NCBI GenBank assembly: GCA_016193335.1
Contig: JACPSK010000004.1
Coordinates: forward strand, 1-55,305
Source of the DNA: Candidatus Magasanikiibacteriota bacterium
GTDB lineage: Bacteria; Patescibacteriota; Patescibacteriia; Magasanikbacterales; UBA922
Reading direction: 5' to 3'
Length of the DNA stretch: 55,305 bases
In this document: in pieces, positions 1-11,891 of the stretch
How positions within the stretch are numbered: the stretch's first letter is position 1
Layout: each line of letters starts with the position of its first letter
Notes under the pieces: model-generated
Told to the model about the DNA's origin: nothing
What the model saw: the letters and a program-made list of their open reading frames with translations, nothing else
Database searches by the model: none
Made by a program: the position numbers and the translations under genes

Positions 1-82
1 ACCATCACAACGAAGTTGAACAGCCCTCACTCTTCGAGAAACTTACGTCATAACCACTAACTCACTTTAACCACCGCCCGCC

Positions 83-133
83 CTGCCGGCATGGGCCGGC
101 AGATACAAAACCACCAGCCCTTAGGCTGGTGGT
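83..133 (+). terminator. tandem GC-rich hairpins after a truncated upstream reading frame
   Basis: Hairpins ctgccggc-atgg-gccggcag (83-102) and accaccagcc-ctta-ggctggtggt (110-133). A frame open from position 1 stops at taa 58-60. There is no clear T-run, so terminator function is tentative. Confidence 0.3.
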
Positions 134-303
134 CGATTATTCCCCTTATTAAATAATCATCAAAATTCGCCCCTCAATTATCAAAAAATCGTAAAATGAA
201 AATAATTTATTTCCGATAACTAGCACCTATACGCATTGTTTACGTATAGTTAACCCCTTTGGTAGTATTATATGTACAATTTCAGTAAATATAACATCAT
301 AGT

Positions 304-1146
304 ATGTCCCTTGTAAACATAGATACAAATCCTGTTCGGAGCATGAAATATATCCTCGCCGAGCGGGATTACAGCCCAAGAACTATACAAGCTTATTGCG
401 CCACGTTTGCGGATTTCGTGGCTTTTTGTGAGGACCACGGTGGGTCGGTCACGTTTTTGGATCTAGATTTTATTAAGACATACATTCGCGAACTGAGTGA
501 TTATGACTATTCTTCGCAAACAATAGCGTTACACATCAATTCTATTAAATTCTATTATAAGTATGTGTCGTATTTGAGAACCGAGGTGGACATTCATTTC
601 CCAAAAAGAACGAGAAGGCTCCCGATAGTGTTGTCCAGAAATGAAATTAAGAAAATTTTAATAATGGTAACGAACAAAAAGCACAGACTTATGATAGCTC
701 TCGCCTATGGCGCTGGGTTGCGCGTGAGTGAGCTCATACATATTAAAGTTAAGGATGTGAATATCGATGAACGAATTTTACATCTGAAACACACAAAAAG
801 CATGAAAGAAAGAATCACCATAATCCCCGAGATGCTCGCGGACGGCCTTGCCCGCTGTACGGGAGACAAGGAACCGGACCAGTATCTTTTTGAAAGCGAA
901 CGTGGCGGCGCATTGCGACAACGTTCGATTCAGAACGTATTTAAAAAAGCTGTTCAGGAATGCGGTATAAAGAAAGACGCGACCTTTCATTCTTTGCGCC
1001 ATAGTTTTGCGACACATTTACTCGAGGATGGTGTTGATCTTCGGTATGTACAGCAGTTATTGGGGCATGCCAATGTTAAAACCACTCAATGGTACACTCA
1101 TGTTACAAATCCCATGATAAAAAATATAAGGAGCCCCCTAAAGTGA
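304..1146 (+). CDS. tyrosine site-specific recombinase (XerC/XerD-like, phage-integrase family)
   Basis: 280-aa ORF with catalytic-domain motifs AYGAGLRVSEL (Arg), HSLRHSFATHLL (His-x-x-Arg) and LLGHANVKTTQWYTHV (His and Tyr nucleophile). Confidence 0.85.
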   Translation: MSLVNIDTNPVRSMKYILAERDYSPRTIQAYCATFADFVAFCEDHGGSVTFLDLDFIKTYIRELSDYDYSSQTIALHINSIKFYYKYVSYLRTEVDIHFPKRTRRLPIVLSRNEIKKILIMVTNKKHRLMIALAYGAGLRVSELIHIKVKDVNIDERILHLKHTKSMKERITIIPEMLADGLARCTGDKEPDQYLFESERGGALRQRSIQNVFKKAVQECGIKKDATFHSLRHSFATHLLEDGVDLRYVQQLLGHANVKTTQWYTHVTNPMIKNIRSPLK

Positions 1147-1214
1147 TCACTTCGATTTTTTTTTGCGCATGCTTATTTATCCACACCATACCCACGAGGG
1201 CTGTCTATGGCCCC

Positions 1215-1243
1215 TTGACAGATTTTTTGTCCTATATTACAAT
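1215..1243 (+). promoter_or_regulatory. sigma70-like promoter candidate (TTGACA-17 nt-TACAAT)
   Basis: ttgaca at 1215-1220, a 17-nt spacer, then tacaat at 1238-1243. It may drive the rRNA unit or a short orphan transcript. Confidence 0.45.
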
Positions 1244-1385
1244 GTCCAAGCATTAAAAACTCTTAACCATGTCCCAACTGCGTTTGGACCTCTGGGTACT
1301 ATCACATACTTTACATGATGTATTGTATATCCATAGATTACTCAGAATTTCCAAGCGGTTAAGAATCAACTGACTTTATTGTCTG

Positions 1386-1407
1386 GCCGCTTCTAGCGGC
1401 TCTTTTT
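1386..1407 (+). terminator. short hairpin plus T-run
   Basis: ggccgc-ttcta-gcggct followed by ctttttatt. The stem is weak (6 bp including one G-U pair). Confidence 0.3.
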
Positions 1408-1574
1408 ATTAAAATTAAAAATTAACATTTAACGATTGGCAATTAACTCGTTCCCGAAAGAAGTTAATGGTTGATGGTGAAATGTTAAGATTGTTACCAA
1501 AGAGCTGACTGATCATTACAATTCAATCGTGGAAAAATTGCAAAAGCAAAGAAGCACTTTTCAGTGCTTCTGTA

Positions 1575-4983
<3,409 letters not shown>

Positions 4984-5033
4984 GAAGCACTGAGCAGTGC
5001 TTTGCAATGCAATTAAAATTAAAAGAGACAGTA

Positions 5034-5142
5034 TCTTGGTGGTTGTTGCGGTGGGGGTACACCCGATCCCATCCCGAACTCGGCAGTTAAGCCCGCCAGC
5101 GCCGATGATAGTCGAAAGGCGAAAGTAGGTCGCCGCCAAGAT
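5034..5142 (+). rRNA. rrf: 5S ribosomal RNA
   Basis: tcttggtggt...cccgatcccatcccgaactcggcagttaagcccgccagcgccgatg...ccgccaaga. It is enclosed by an extended stem gagacagtatcttgg / ccaagatactgtctc followed by a T-run. Confidence 0.9.
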
Positions 5143-5213
5143 ACTGTCTCTTTTTTATTTCTGATGAATCGATACGGGGGAGTTGTAAATTAAAAATTTC
5201 CAGTATTGATTGG

Positions 5214-6026
5214 CTAAACGATCATTTCAACGCCCACCGGACAATGATCAGAGCCCATGATTTCAGGGAGGATAAAAGCTTTTTTGATTTTTGGTTGGAG
5301 TTTTTTTGAAACACAAACATAATCAATGCGCCAGCCTATGTTTCTTTTTCTTGCTCCGGAGCGCAAAGACCACCAGCTGTAGGCTCCTGTTTTTTTTGGA
5401 TAGAGCGTACGGAAGGTATCTGTAAATCCGCTGTTGAGGAGCGCGTTGAATCCTTCTCGCTCTTCGTCGGTAAATCCGGGATTTCCGATATTGTCTTTTG
5501 GTCGGGCCAGATCTATTTCCTCGTGAGCTACGTTCATGTCCCCGCAGATGACCACTGGTTTTTTCTTTTCCAGGGCTTTGCAGTGTGACAAGAACAAGGG
5601 ATCCCATATCTTGTGAATGAACCGCAGTCTGGTAAGATCGTGTTTGGCATTTGGTCTGTATTGATTGACCAGGAAAAATGTTTTGTATTCAGCTGTTATC
5701 ACTCGGCCTTCGCTTGATACAGCGCGGCCTTGGTCATCCAACAATTTTTTCTTTTTTTCGAGTCCTGACAAAAACCCGAAATGAATTGAAAGCGGTTGTT
5801 CTTTTGTAAAAATGGCTGTGCCGGAATATCCGGCCTTATCGGCGGAATTCCAATATTCGTCATAGTTCGGCAAATCAATTTCCACTTGGTGCTTTGCCGC
5901 TTTTGTCTCTTGCAAACACAAAATATCAGGATCATGTGTTGTCATGAATGGCGTAAAACATTCTTTACGTAGTACGGCGCGTATGCCGTTGACGTTCCAG
6001 GAGATGATACGGACGGTGGATGACAT
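5214..6026 (-). CDS. xth: exodeoxyribonuclease III (AP endonuclease, EEP family)
   Basis: MSSTVRIISWNVNGIRA..., LCLQETK, DMNVAHEEIDL and SDHCPV motifs. The ATG at 6026 is preferred over the upstream TTG at 6041. Confidence 0.9.
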   Translation of the reverse strand: MSSTVRIISWNVNGIRAVLRKECFTPFMTTHDPDILCLQETKAAKHQVEIDLPNYDEYWNSADKAGYSGTAIFTKEQPLSIHFGFLSGLEKKKKLLDDQGRAVSSEGRVITAEYKTFFLVNQYRPNAKHDLTRLRFIHKIWDPLFLSHCKALEKKKPVVICGDMNVAHEEIDLARPKDNIGNPGFTDEEREGFNALLNSGFTDTFRTLYPKKTGAYSWWSLRSGARKRNIGWRIDYVCVSKKLQPKIKKAFILPEIMGSDHCPVGVEMIV

Positions 6027-6121
6027 GGGGTTTCTGTACAATAGGTGAAGGCATTGTTCTAAATTGGATTTTTGCTTGGGTTCTTAAATTCTGATTATAC
6101 CTTACGCATTATTTTTGTCCA

Positions 6122-6200
6122 TTCCTATCCCCGTACGATATTTTTTCAAAAAATCCGTGAAACCGGCCCGCTTCGCTCTCGCGTTCGTCCTTAGATTTTC
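6122..6200. repeat. degenerate, inverted copy of the hairpin element found at 37728-37830
   Basis: cctatcccc...atatt..tcaaaaaa..cccgcttcgctctcgcgttcgtcct matches the reverse complement of 37728-37830 (cctatccc...atatttcaaaaagcc...cccgcttcgctctcgcactcgtcct). Confidence 0.55.
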
Positions 6201-6316
6201 TAAATTAATACATGGTCCCGAAATAAGCGTTTGTTTGTCCACAATCCTATCATTTGCATAAGCATTTCATTATGCTATAGTCTTCGTTAGTTTAATTTAT
6301 GTAGCCCCTATCAGCT

Positions 6317-6592
6317 ATGGATGAACTCGATCATTCATCAGTAAAACAAGCTTTACTCAAGCACGTGAGAGAGATTTTTGAAGAGATAGAAAGTGAGCTT
6401 GCCCGCTCTCATGAAGAGCGATACGCTCTGCTCGAAGATTCCTTGGAAAACGCGTCTGATGGGGAAGAATTGCGTGTTGCTTTTGAACAATGGTATGCCG
6501 ATCACGCGGAAGATATGAGTTTGGATTACGGTTTGGAAGAAATTTGGGACAACGCGGTCCATGCGGCAGCTTCCTCTGGCGAAGAATATTGA
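6317..6592 (+). CDS. hypothetical small acidic protein (91 aa)
   Basis: The ORF is followed by an intrinsic terminator. It is very Glu/Asp-rich and I recognise no family. Confidence 0.5.
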   Translation: MDELDHSSVKQALLKHVREIFEEIESELARSHEERYALLEDSLENASDGEELRVAFEQWYADHAEDMSLDYGLEEIWDNAVHAAASSGEEY

Positions 6593-6615
6593 ACTATGAA
6601 CTTTTGATCTATGCG

Positions 6616-6645
6616 AAACTCCGTGCTTGCTGGCGCGGAGTTTTT
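6616..6645 (+). terminator. intrinsic terminator
   Basis: aaactccg-loop-cggagttt followed by tt(gg). Confidence 0.55.
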
Positions 6646-6667
6646 GGTATAGGATAATAGAGGATTA

Positions 6668-7618
6668 ATGTGGCATAGTATGGATAGGAATTTAGCTTTG
6701 GAATTCGTACGAGTAACCGAAGCCGCCGCCATAGCTTCTGCAGGGTGGCTCGGGCGCGGCAACAAACACGCGGCAGACCAGGCGGCCGTGGACGCCATGC
6801 GTGATCGTTTTAATTTTATAGATTTTTCAGGAGAAGTGGTAATCGGTGAAGGCACAAAAGATCAAGCCCCGGAATTGTATATTGGCGAGAAATTGGGGAA
6901 TGGAAACGGCGCTGAGTTTGATATCGCGGTGGATCCTTTGGAATGCACGGACAGCGTGGCCAATGGCAAGCCAAACGCTATGTCGGTGGTAGCTACAGGC
7001 GCAAAAGGCGCTTTGTTCAAAGCTCCTGACACGTATATGGATAAGATAGCCTGCGGACCCGCGGCTAAGGGTGCCGTAGATCTTGACGCATCGGTGGAAG
7101 AAAATATAGGCCGCGTGGCTGAGAAATTGAAAAAACATATTTCGGAAATGGTTCTTGTGGCTTTGGATAGAGATTATAATAAAGAAACAATAGAAGAAAT
7201 CAGACGCGTGGGGGCAAGAGTCTTACTTATCAGCGATGGAGACGTGGCCGGAGCCATAGCCACTTGTTTGCCGGATTCTGGAATAGATTTGCTCATTCAA
7301 AAAGGGGCCAGCGCGGAAGGGGTTTTGGCCGCTGTGGCCATAAAATGTTTGGGGGGTGATTTTCAAGGACGTTTGTCTCCAAAGAATGAAGAGCATTTGG
7401 CCCGAGCCAAAGCTATGGGTATAGAAGATGTTGGCCGCAAACTGAGCATGGAGGATCTCGCCCGTGGCGAAGATTTGACTTTTACAGCCAGCGGGGTGAT
7501 AGACGGGCCCTTGCTAAAAGGGGTACGTTATAGCGGGGGATATTGTGTCACTCATTCCGTGGTTATGAGAGTGCGGAGCGGGACCTTGAGGTTTTTGGAG
7601 ACCAGGCATAGAGTATAG
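6668..7618 (+). CDS. glpX: class II fructose-1,6-bisphosphatase (GlpX family)
   Basis: LALEFVRVTEAAAIASAGWLGRGNKHAADQAAVDAMR...VIGEGTKDQAPELYIGEKLG...DIAVDPLECT closely parallels GlpX. An alternative start is ATG 6680. Confidence 0.9.
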   Translation: MWHSMDRNLALEFVRVTEAAAIASAGWLGRGNKHAADQAAVDAMRDRFNFIDFSGEVVIGEGTKDQAPELYIGEKLGNGNGAEFDIAVDPLECTDSVANGKPNAMSVVATGAKGALFKAPDTYMDKIACGPAAKGAVDLDASVEENIGRVAEKLKKHISEMVLVALDRDYNKETIEEIRRVGARVLLISDGDVAGAIATCLPDSGIDLLIQKGASAEGVLAAVAIKCLGGDFQGRLSPKNEEHLARAKAMGIEDVGRKLSMEDLARGEDLTFTASGVIDGPLLKGVRYSGGYCVTHSVVMRVRSGTLRFLETRHRV

Positions 7619-7636
7619 GGTTTGAGTGATCTAGGA

Positions 7637-7720
7637 CACGAATCGACACGAATAGAACGAATTGAAAGAGACTGGATTCTAGCTTGTATATTGAATTATT
7701 ACAGATTCGTTGGATTCGTT
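7637..7720. promoter_or_regulatory. phased direct and inverted ACGAAT repeats in the fbaB upstream region
   Basis: cacgaat at 7637, cacgaat at 7647 and aacgaat at 7657 (10-bp phasing). Inverted copies attcgtt lie at 7705 and 7714, next to A/T-rich -10-like boxes. Confidence 0.4.
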
Positions 7721-7742
7721 TATATTTGTGTTCTATACTCAT

Positions 7743-8825
7743 ATGCCAAAAGTTACTGATTACGCGTCTATTCAAGGAATTCTCGGTAAAGACGCGGAAT
7801 CTCTCTTGCATTTTGCCAGTCCTAAAATTTTAAAAGAACGGCTTCACGCGCCCGCGCCGAATTTTTTGGATGAGGTTTTTTCGATTTCAGACCGGAATAA
7901 AACAGTTTTGAAAAATTTGAAGGCTTTGCGGGATCATGGGCGTCTTTCAGGGACCGGCTATTATTCCATTTTGCCGGTTGACCAAGGTATAGAACATTCG
8001 GCCGGGGGAAGTTTTGCAAAAAATCCGGACTATTTTGATCCTGAAAATATCGTCAAGCTTGCTCTCGAAGCCGGCTGTAACGCAGTGACTTCCACGCTTG
8101 GCGTTCTTGGAATGGTGAGCAAAAAATACGCGGACAAGATTCCTTTTATCGTCAAATTGAATCACAATGATTTTCTTCGTTACCCGAATGATTATGACCA
8201 ACACTTGTTCGCGAGTGTTCGGCAAGCTGCGGACATGGGGGCGAGAGGCGTGGGGGCAACGGTGTATTTTGGTTCGAGAGAATCGGCGAGACAAATACAA
8301 GAAGTAAGTGAAGCCTTTGCAGAAGCTCATCGTTTGGGCCTGTTTACCGTACTTTGGTGCTATCTCAGAAATAATGCTTTTAAAGTTGAAGGAACAGATT
8401 ATCATGATTCAGCGGATCTCACCGGACAGGCAAACCATCTGGGAGTTACCATTGAGGCGGATATCATAAAACAAAAATTGCCGGTGAAAAACGGCGGGTA
8501 CGAGGCTTTGAACACCGGGGACAAAAAATTTGGAAAATACGACGAGCGGATGTACAGCGAACTGTGTTCAGATCATCCTATAGATTTGTGTCGTTACCAG
8601 GTGGCGAATTGTTATATGGGCAGAATAGGGCTTATAAATTCGGGCGGAGAGAGCGGAGATAGCGACCTTGCTGACGCGGTAAAAACAGCGGTCATCAACA
8701 AACGGGCCGGAGGTTCCGGGCTCATACTCGGGCGCAAAGCTTTTCAAAAATCTTTTAAAGAAGGAGTGGAAATCATTCATGCTGTACAGGATGTGTATTT
8801 GTGCAAAGAGATAGAGGTGGCTTGA
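7743..8825 (+). CDS. fbaB: class I fructose-bisphosphate aldolase (FbaB/DhnA type)
   Basis: Near-colinear with E. coli FbaB as I recall it: [76 protein letters not shown]. The ATG at 7743 is preferred to the ORF-track start at 7710. Confidence 0.9.
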   Translation: MPKVTDYASIQGILGKDAESLLHFASPKILKERLHAPAPNFLDEVFSISDRNKTVLKNLKALRDHGRLSGTGYYSILPVDQGIEHSAGGSFAKNPDYFDPENIVKLALEAGCNAVTSTLGVLGMVSKKYADKIPFIVKLNHNDFLRYPNDYDQHLFASVRQAADMGARGVGATVYFGSRESARQIQEVSEAFAEAHRLGLFTVLWCYLRNNAFKVEGTDYHDSADLTGQANHLGVTIEADIIKQKLPVKNGGYEALNTGDKKFGKYDERMYSELCSDHPIDLCRYQVANCYMGRIGLINSGGESGDSDLADAVKTAVINKRAGGSGLILGRKAFQKSFKEGVEIIHAVQDVYLCKEIEVA

Positions 8826-8843
8826 TGTCTGGTATCATTTTTT

Positions 8844-8870
8844 GAGAGGCGGGTAGCACGCCTCTTTTTT
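8844..8870 (+). terminator. intrinsic terminator after fbaB
   Basis: gagaggcg-ggtagca-cgcctc followed by tttttt. Confidence 0.65.
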
Positions 8871-8918
8871 GTTAAATATATATGTATATAGCTCCGAATT
8901 GACCGGGGTTTTTTGATA

Positions 8919-8947
8919 TTGACCAGGCTTTTGAACTGTGCTAGATT
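8919..8947 (+). promoter_or_regulatory. promoter candidate TTGACC-17-TAGATT
   Basis: ttgacc at 8919-8924 (a second ttgacc lies at 8899), a 17-nt spacer, then tagatt at 8942-8947, upstream of the GC-rich kinase gene. Confidence 0.35.
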
Positions 8948-8985
8948 TTATTTTGGGCAACAAGGAAGCATGGAGGCTAATACAG

Positions 8986-9993
8986 ATGATTCCGACTTTT
9001 GAGGGGGCAAGGATTTTCGTTGTCGGGGACTTGATTCTCGACAGCTTCACCTATTGCAGGAGGACAAGAACTTCGTCAGAAGACGGCCGTGCTTTTTGCG
9101 TGGACGTGGTCAAGCACGAATTGCAGATTGGCGGCGCGGGCAATGCCGCTCGCTGTGTGCGTGCTCTTGGCGGTTCGCCCGCCGTGTTCGCGGTGAGTGG
9201 CGCGGGCTACCATGCCCGGAAGCTGAATGACGCCCTCGTCGACGCGGGCGTGGATAGCGCTCTTGTGCGTACGGATGAACGTCCGACTACGTACAAGGAT
9301 CGCAACCGTGACGTTGACACCGGCGAACTTTTGCTGGTGGTTGAGCGACAGGATCGTTCGCCTATCCCGACTTGGGTTGGTGACGGTTTGCTCGGCCGTT
9401 TCGCGAGTGCTGCCGCCACGCGGCCACACGTGGTACTCGTCTCGGATTACGACCGAGGCGTGGTAACCGAACACGTGGCCAAGGGTGTCTCCCGCCTTTC
9501 CCAGAAGTGGGGGATTCCTCTCATCGTGGATGCCAGAGAGCGTCCTTTGGCTTGGTACAAACAAGCCTTTAAGTATCTGAGCCTGCTCACGCCCAACCGC
9601 CGAGAGCTGAGTAAGGTTGTTGGCCGAGAGCTCAATACTTCGGCTGAGATTGACACGGCGGCTCGAGAGGTCGCCGAGGCTCTGGACTGCGATGTGCTCG
9701 TTACCTTGTCCGAACAGGGTGCTCGGCTTTACACTCGAGACGGGCGAGTGCATCGCTTTGATGCCAAGAACGGCAGGCCTGTCTCGGTGTCCGGGGGCGG
9801 CGACGCGCTCGTCGCGGCCATCTCGGTTTGCCTCGCCAAGGGTATCCTCCTGGCCGAGGCCTGTGAGATCGCGCAGCACGCAGCCGCGGTATGCGTGGGT
9901 AAACCCGGCACAGACGTGTGTAGCTACGCAGAGCTGCTGGCTCACATCGAGAGCCACCCGCCGCGTTCCAAGAGGTCTGCTTCAGCCTGTTAA
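8986..9993 (+). CDS. PfkB-family carbohydrate kinase (HldE/RfaE kinase-domain-like), compositionally foreign
   Basis: ARIFVVGDLILDS, GGAGNAARCVRALGG, TPNRRELSKVVG and GGGDALVAA motifs. GGAGG lies 9 nt upstream of ATG 8986. The gene is much more GC-rich than its flanks. Confidence 0.75.
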   Translation: MIPTFEGARIFVVGDLILDSFTYCRRTRTSSEDGRAFCVDVVKHELQIGGAGNAARCVRALGGSPAVFAVSGAGYHARKLNDALVDAGVDSALVRTDERPTTYKDRNRDVDTGELLLVVERQDRSPIPTWVGDGLLGRFASAAATRPHVVLVSDYDRGVVTEHVAKGVSRLSQKWGIPLIVDARERPLAWYKQAFKYLSLLTPNRRELSKVVGRELNTSAEIDTAAREVAEALDCDVLVTLSEQGARLYTRDGRVHRFDAKNGRPVSVSGGGDALVAAISVCLAKGILLAEACEIAQHAAAVCVGKPGTDVCSYAELLAHIESHPPRSKRSASAC

Positions 9994-10010
9994 TTGGAGC
10001 AAGGAGATGA

Positions 10011-10039
10011 CAAGCCGATCGTTGGATACGATCGGCTTG
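10011..10039 (+). terminator. perfect 11-bp hairpin downstream of the kinase gene
   Basis: caagccgatcg-ttggata-cgatcggcttg. Only a weak T tract follows. Confidence 0.4.
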
Positions 10040-10150
10040 ATGTGTTTATAAGGGTTCCAGAGTAGGGATAGTGCATCCCTCTGTATCAATATCGGTGCTA
10101 AATTAATTCTGAGCGATTTTCAGTTTATCCACAGAACTGTCGAAATAAAA

Positions 10151-10178
10151 TTGACAGTTTTATTATATATGATATTAT
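10151..10178 (+). promoter_or_regulatory. promoter candidate TTGACA-16-TATTAT
   Basis: ttgaca at 10151-10156 and tattat at 10173-10178. The trmB-like ATG is at 10197. Confidence 0.5.
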
Positions 10179-10196
10179 CTAAAATAAGCTAAAAAT

Positions 10197-10931
10197 ATGG
10201 ATATACAAGTATTAAAAAAGTTGAACTTTAGTGAAAAAAATGCCAAAATTTACCTGGCTTTGCTCAGGCTTGGGCCCAGTTCTGTGCGAAGTTTAGCGGA
10301 ATTTTGCGGTTTGAACCGAGGCAGTACTTATGACGCGCTCAAATGGCTCCAGGAAAAGGGGCTGGTGAATTATTATAAAAAGGACAGCAAACAGCATTTT
10401 GTGGCCGACAGGCCGGAGAAGCTGAAAGCTCTGGTAGCAGAACAAAGGGAAGACTTGGACTCAGTAGATAAACAGCTCCATAGAGTGATATCAGAATTGC
10501 AGGCCTTGCATGATAAAGGTGGCGAGCGGCCGATAGCCCGGTATTACGACAAAAAAGAACTTGTCCATATTTTGGAAGACATACTCGAAACCTGTGAACA
10601 GTCCGAAGATCCTGAATACAGGATATATTCGGCAGAAGGACTTAGAGAATCGCTCTATGAAGATTTTTCCACCTTCAGCGACGTGCGCGTGGCAAAAGGA
10701 ATAAGGGTAAAGGTAATAGCCATAGGGAGAGGCGGAGAGTTGAGAGGTCTGGACGAACGGAAGTGGCTGGACAAGATTTCCAGCACTCCAACATACATTA
10801 TTATATATCCCGGGAAGACAGCCTATATATCGCTTGACGCAAAAGATGAGGCTATCGGTGTGGTGATAGAAAATGACGGTGTGTATGAAACACAGAAACA
10901 GATTTTCGATGCTTTGTGGAGTTCATTGTAG
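10197..10931 (+). CDS. TrmB-family (sugar-specific) transcriptional regulator
   Basis: N-terminal winged HTH LNFSEKNAKIYLALLRLGPSSVRSLAEFCGLNRGSTYDALKWLQEKGLV plus a C-terminal effector-like domain. Confidence 0.75.
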   Translation: MDIQVLKKLNFSEKNAKIYLALLRLGPSSVRSLAEFCGLNRGSTYDALKWLQEKGLVNYYKKDSKQHFVADRPEKLKALVAEQREDLDSVDKQLHRVISELQALHDKGGERPIARYYDKKELVHILEDILETCEQSEDPEYRIYSAEGLRESLYEDFSTFSDVRVAKGIRVKVIAIGRGGELRGLDERKWLDKISSTPTYIIIYPGKTAYISLDAKDEAIGVVIENDGVYETQKQIFDALWSSL

Positions 10932-11147
10932 CAGTCCCTGTTTTATTTTTTTGTCTTGTTTTCTGTTTTTACGCCTTCGGATCATTTTGCGGATTGAACT
11001 ATATGGGTGGTTAGGGAACCGGTAAAAGACCGGACGGTCTGAGACTTTATAAGAGCTCCCAACTTAATTCTGCCGAAGGTTCAGCGTCACATCTAATAAG
11101 TCTTTCGATCGCCCATTTCAAGTTTGTATCAATATCATTATATTATT

Positions 11148-11891
11148 ATGCAACAGATTCAAAATGAGATTCACACAGCCATATTTGATTTTGATAATAC
11201 TTTATTTGACACTGAAAAGCTCAAGAAAGTTTTGCGCGAAATCGTTATGAAATACGGGACCACGGAAAGAGAAGCCACGGAGGTGTATAAGAAAGCTCTT
11301 TCCGAGGGGGACACGAATACGTTTTCCATATCCCATTTTTTTGGAGTGCTTCAGCATGAGATGAGATCTCAGGGGGTTGAGATACCGGATGCAGAGTTGC
11401 AAATCGTTCGCGGACGGATTGTGGAGTCAGCCCGAGCGCTTGAGGGCGCTCAAGCTCTGCTCGAAGAATGTAAGCAAAAGAAATATAATATGTATCTTTT
11501 GAGTTTGGGGGTTCCGGAATGGCAGAGAGAAAAATTGGAACTTTCCGGTTTCAAAGATTATTTTTCCGATGACAACATTATGTACACCAGGGCTATTTCG
11601 CAGGGGAAAGTAGAGGCGCTTCAGGAACGCTTTGGGGCGGATTTTACCGGTTCCGGAGTTATGTTATTTAACGATAAACCTGATGAGACCGGAGCTCTGC
11701 TCAGCGCATTTCCCGACTTGCAGGTTCGACTTCGTTTTGACGAAGAAGATAAACGCTATAGAGAAGATCATTTTACTGCGCTTGCAAAGGATTTTCCCGG
11801 CAGGGTATCTTGGTCAAGGGATTTATCTGACTTTACTCGAGAATTAAGAAAGGAACGAGCATATGAAATCACAGACTCGCAAAAATATTGA
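11148..11891 (+). CDS. HAD-superfamily hydrolase / phosphatase / phosphomutase-like protein
   Basis: The DxDxT nucleophile motif AIFDFDNTLFDT is near the N-terminus. The 3' end overlaps the next gene by 29 nt. Confidence 0.7.
   Translation: MQQIQNEIHTAIFDFDNTLFDTEKLKKVLREIVMKYGTTEREATEVYKKALSEGDTNTFSISHFFGVLQHEMRSQGVEIPDAELQIVRGRIVESARALEGAQALLEECKQKKYNMYLLSLGVPEWQREKLELSGFKDYFSDDNIMYTRAISQGKVEALQERFGADFTGSGVMLFNDKPDETGALLSAFPDLQVRLRFDEEDKRYREDHFTALAKDFPGRVSWSRDLSDFTRELRKERAYEITDSQKY

Noticed and set aside
9076-9957. 293-aa antisense ORF, plus several 60-144-aa ORFs overlapping the kinase gene.
   Set aside because: These are a typical artefact of high GC content (few stop codons). The sense frame carries clear PfkB-family motifs and an SD; the others carry none.
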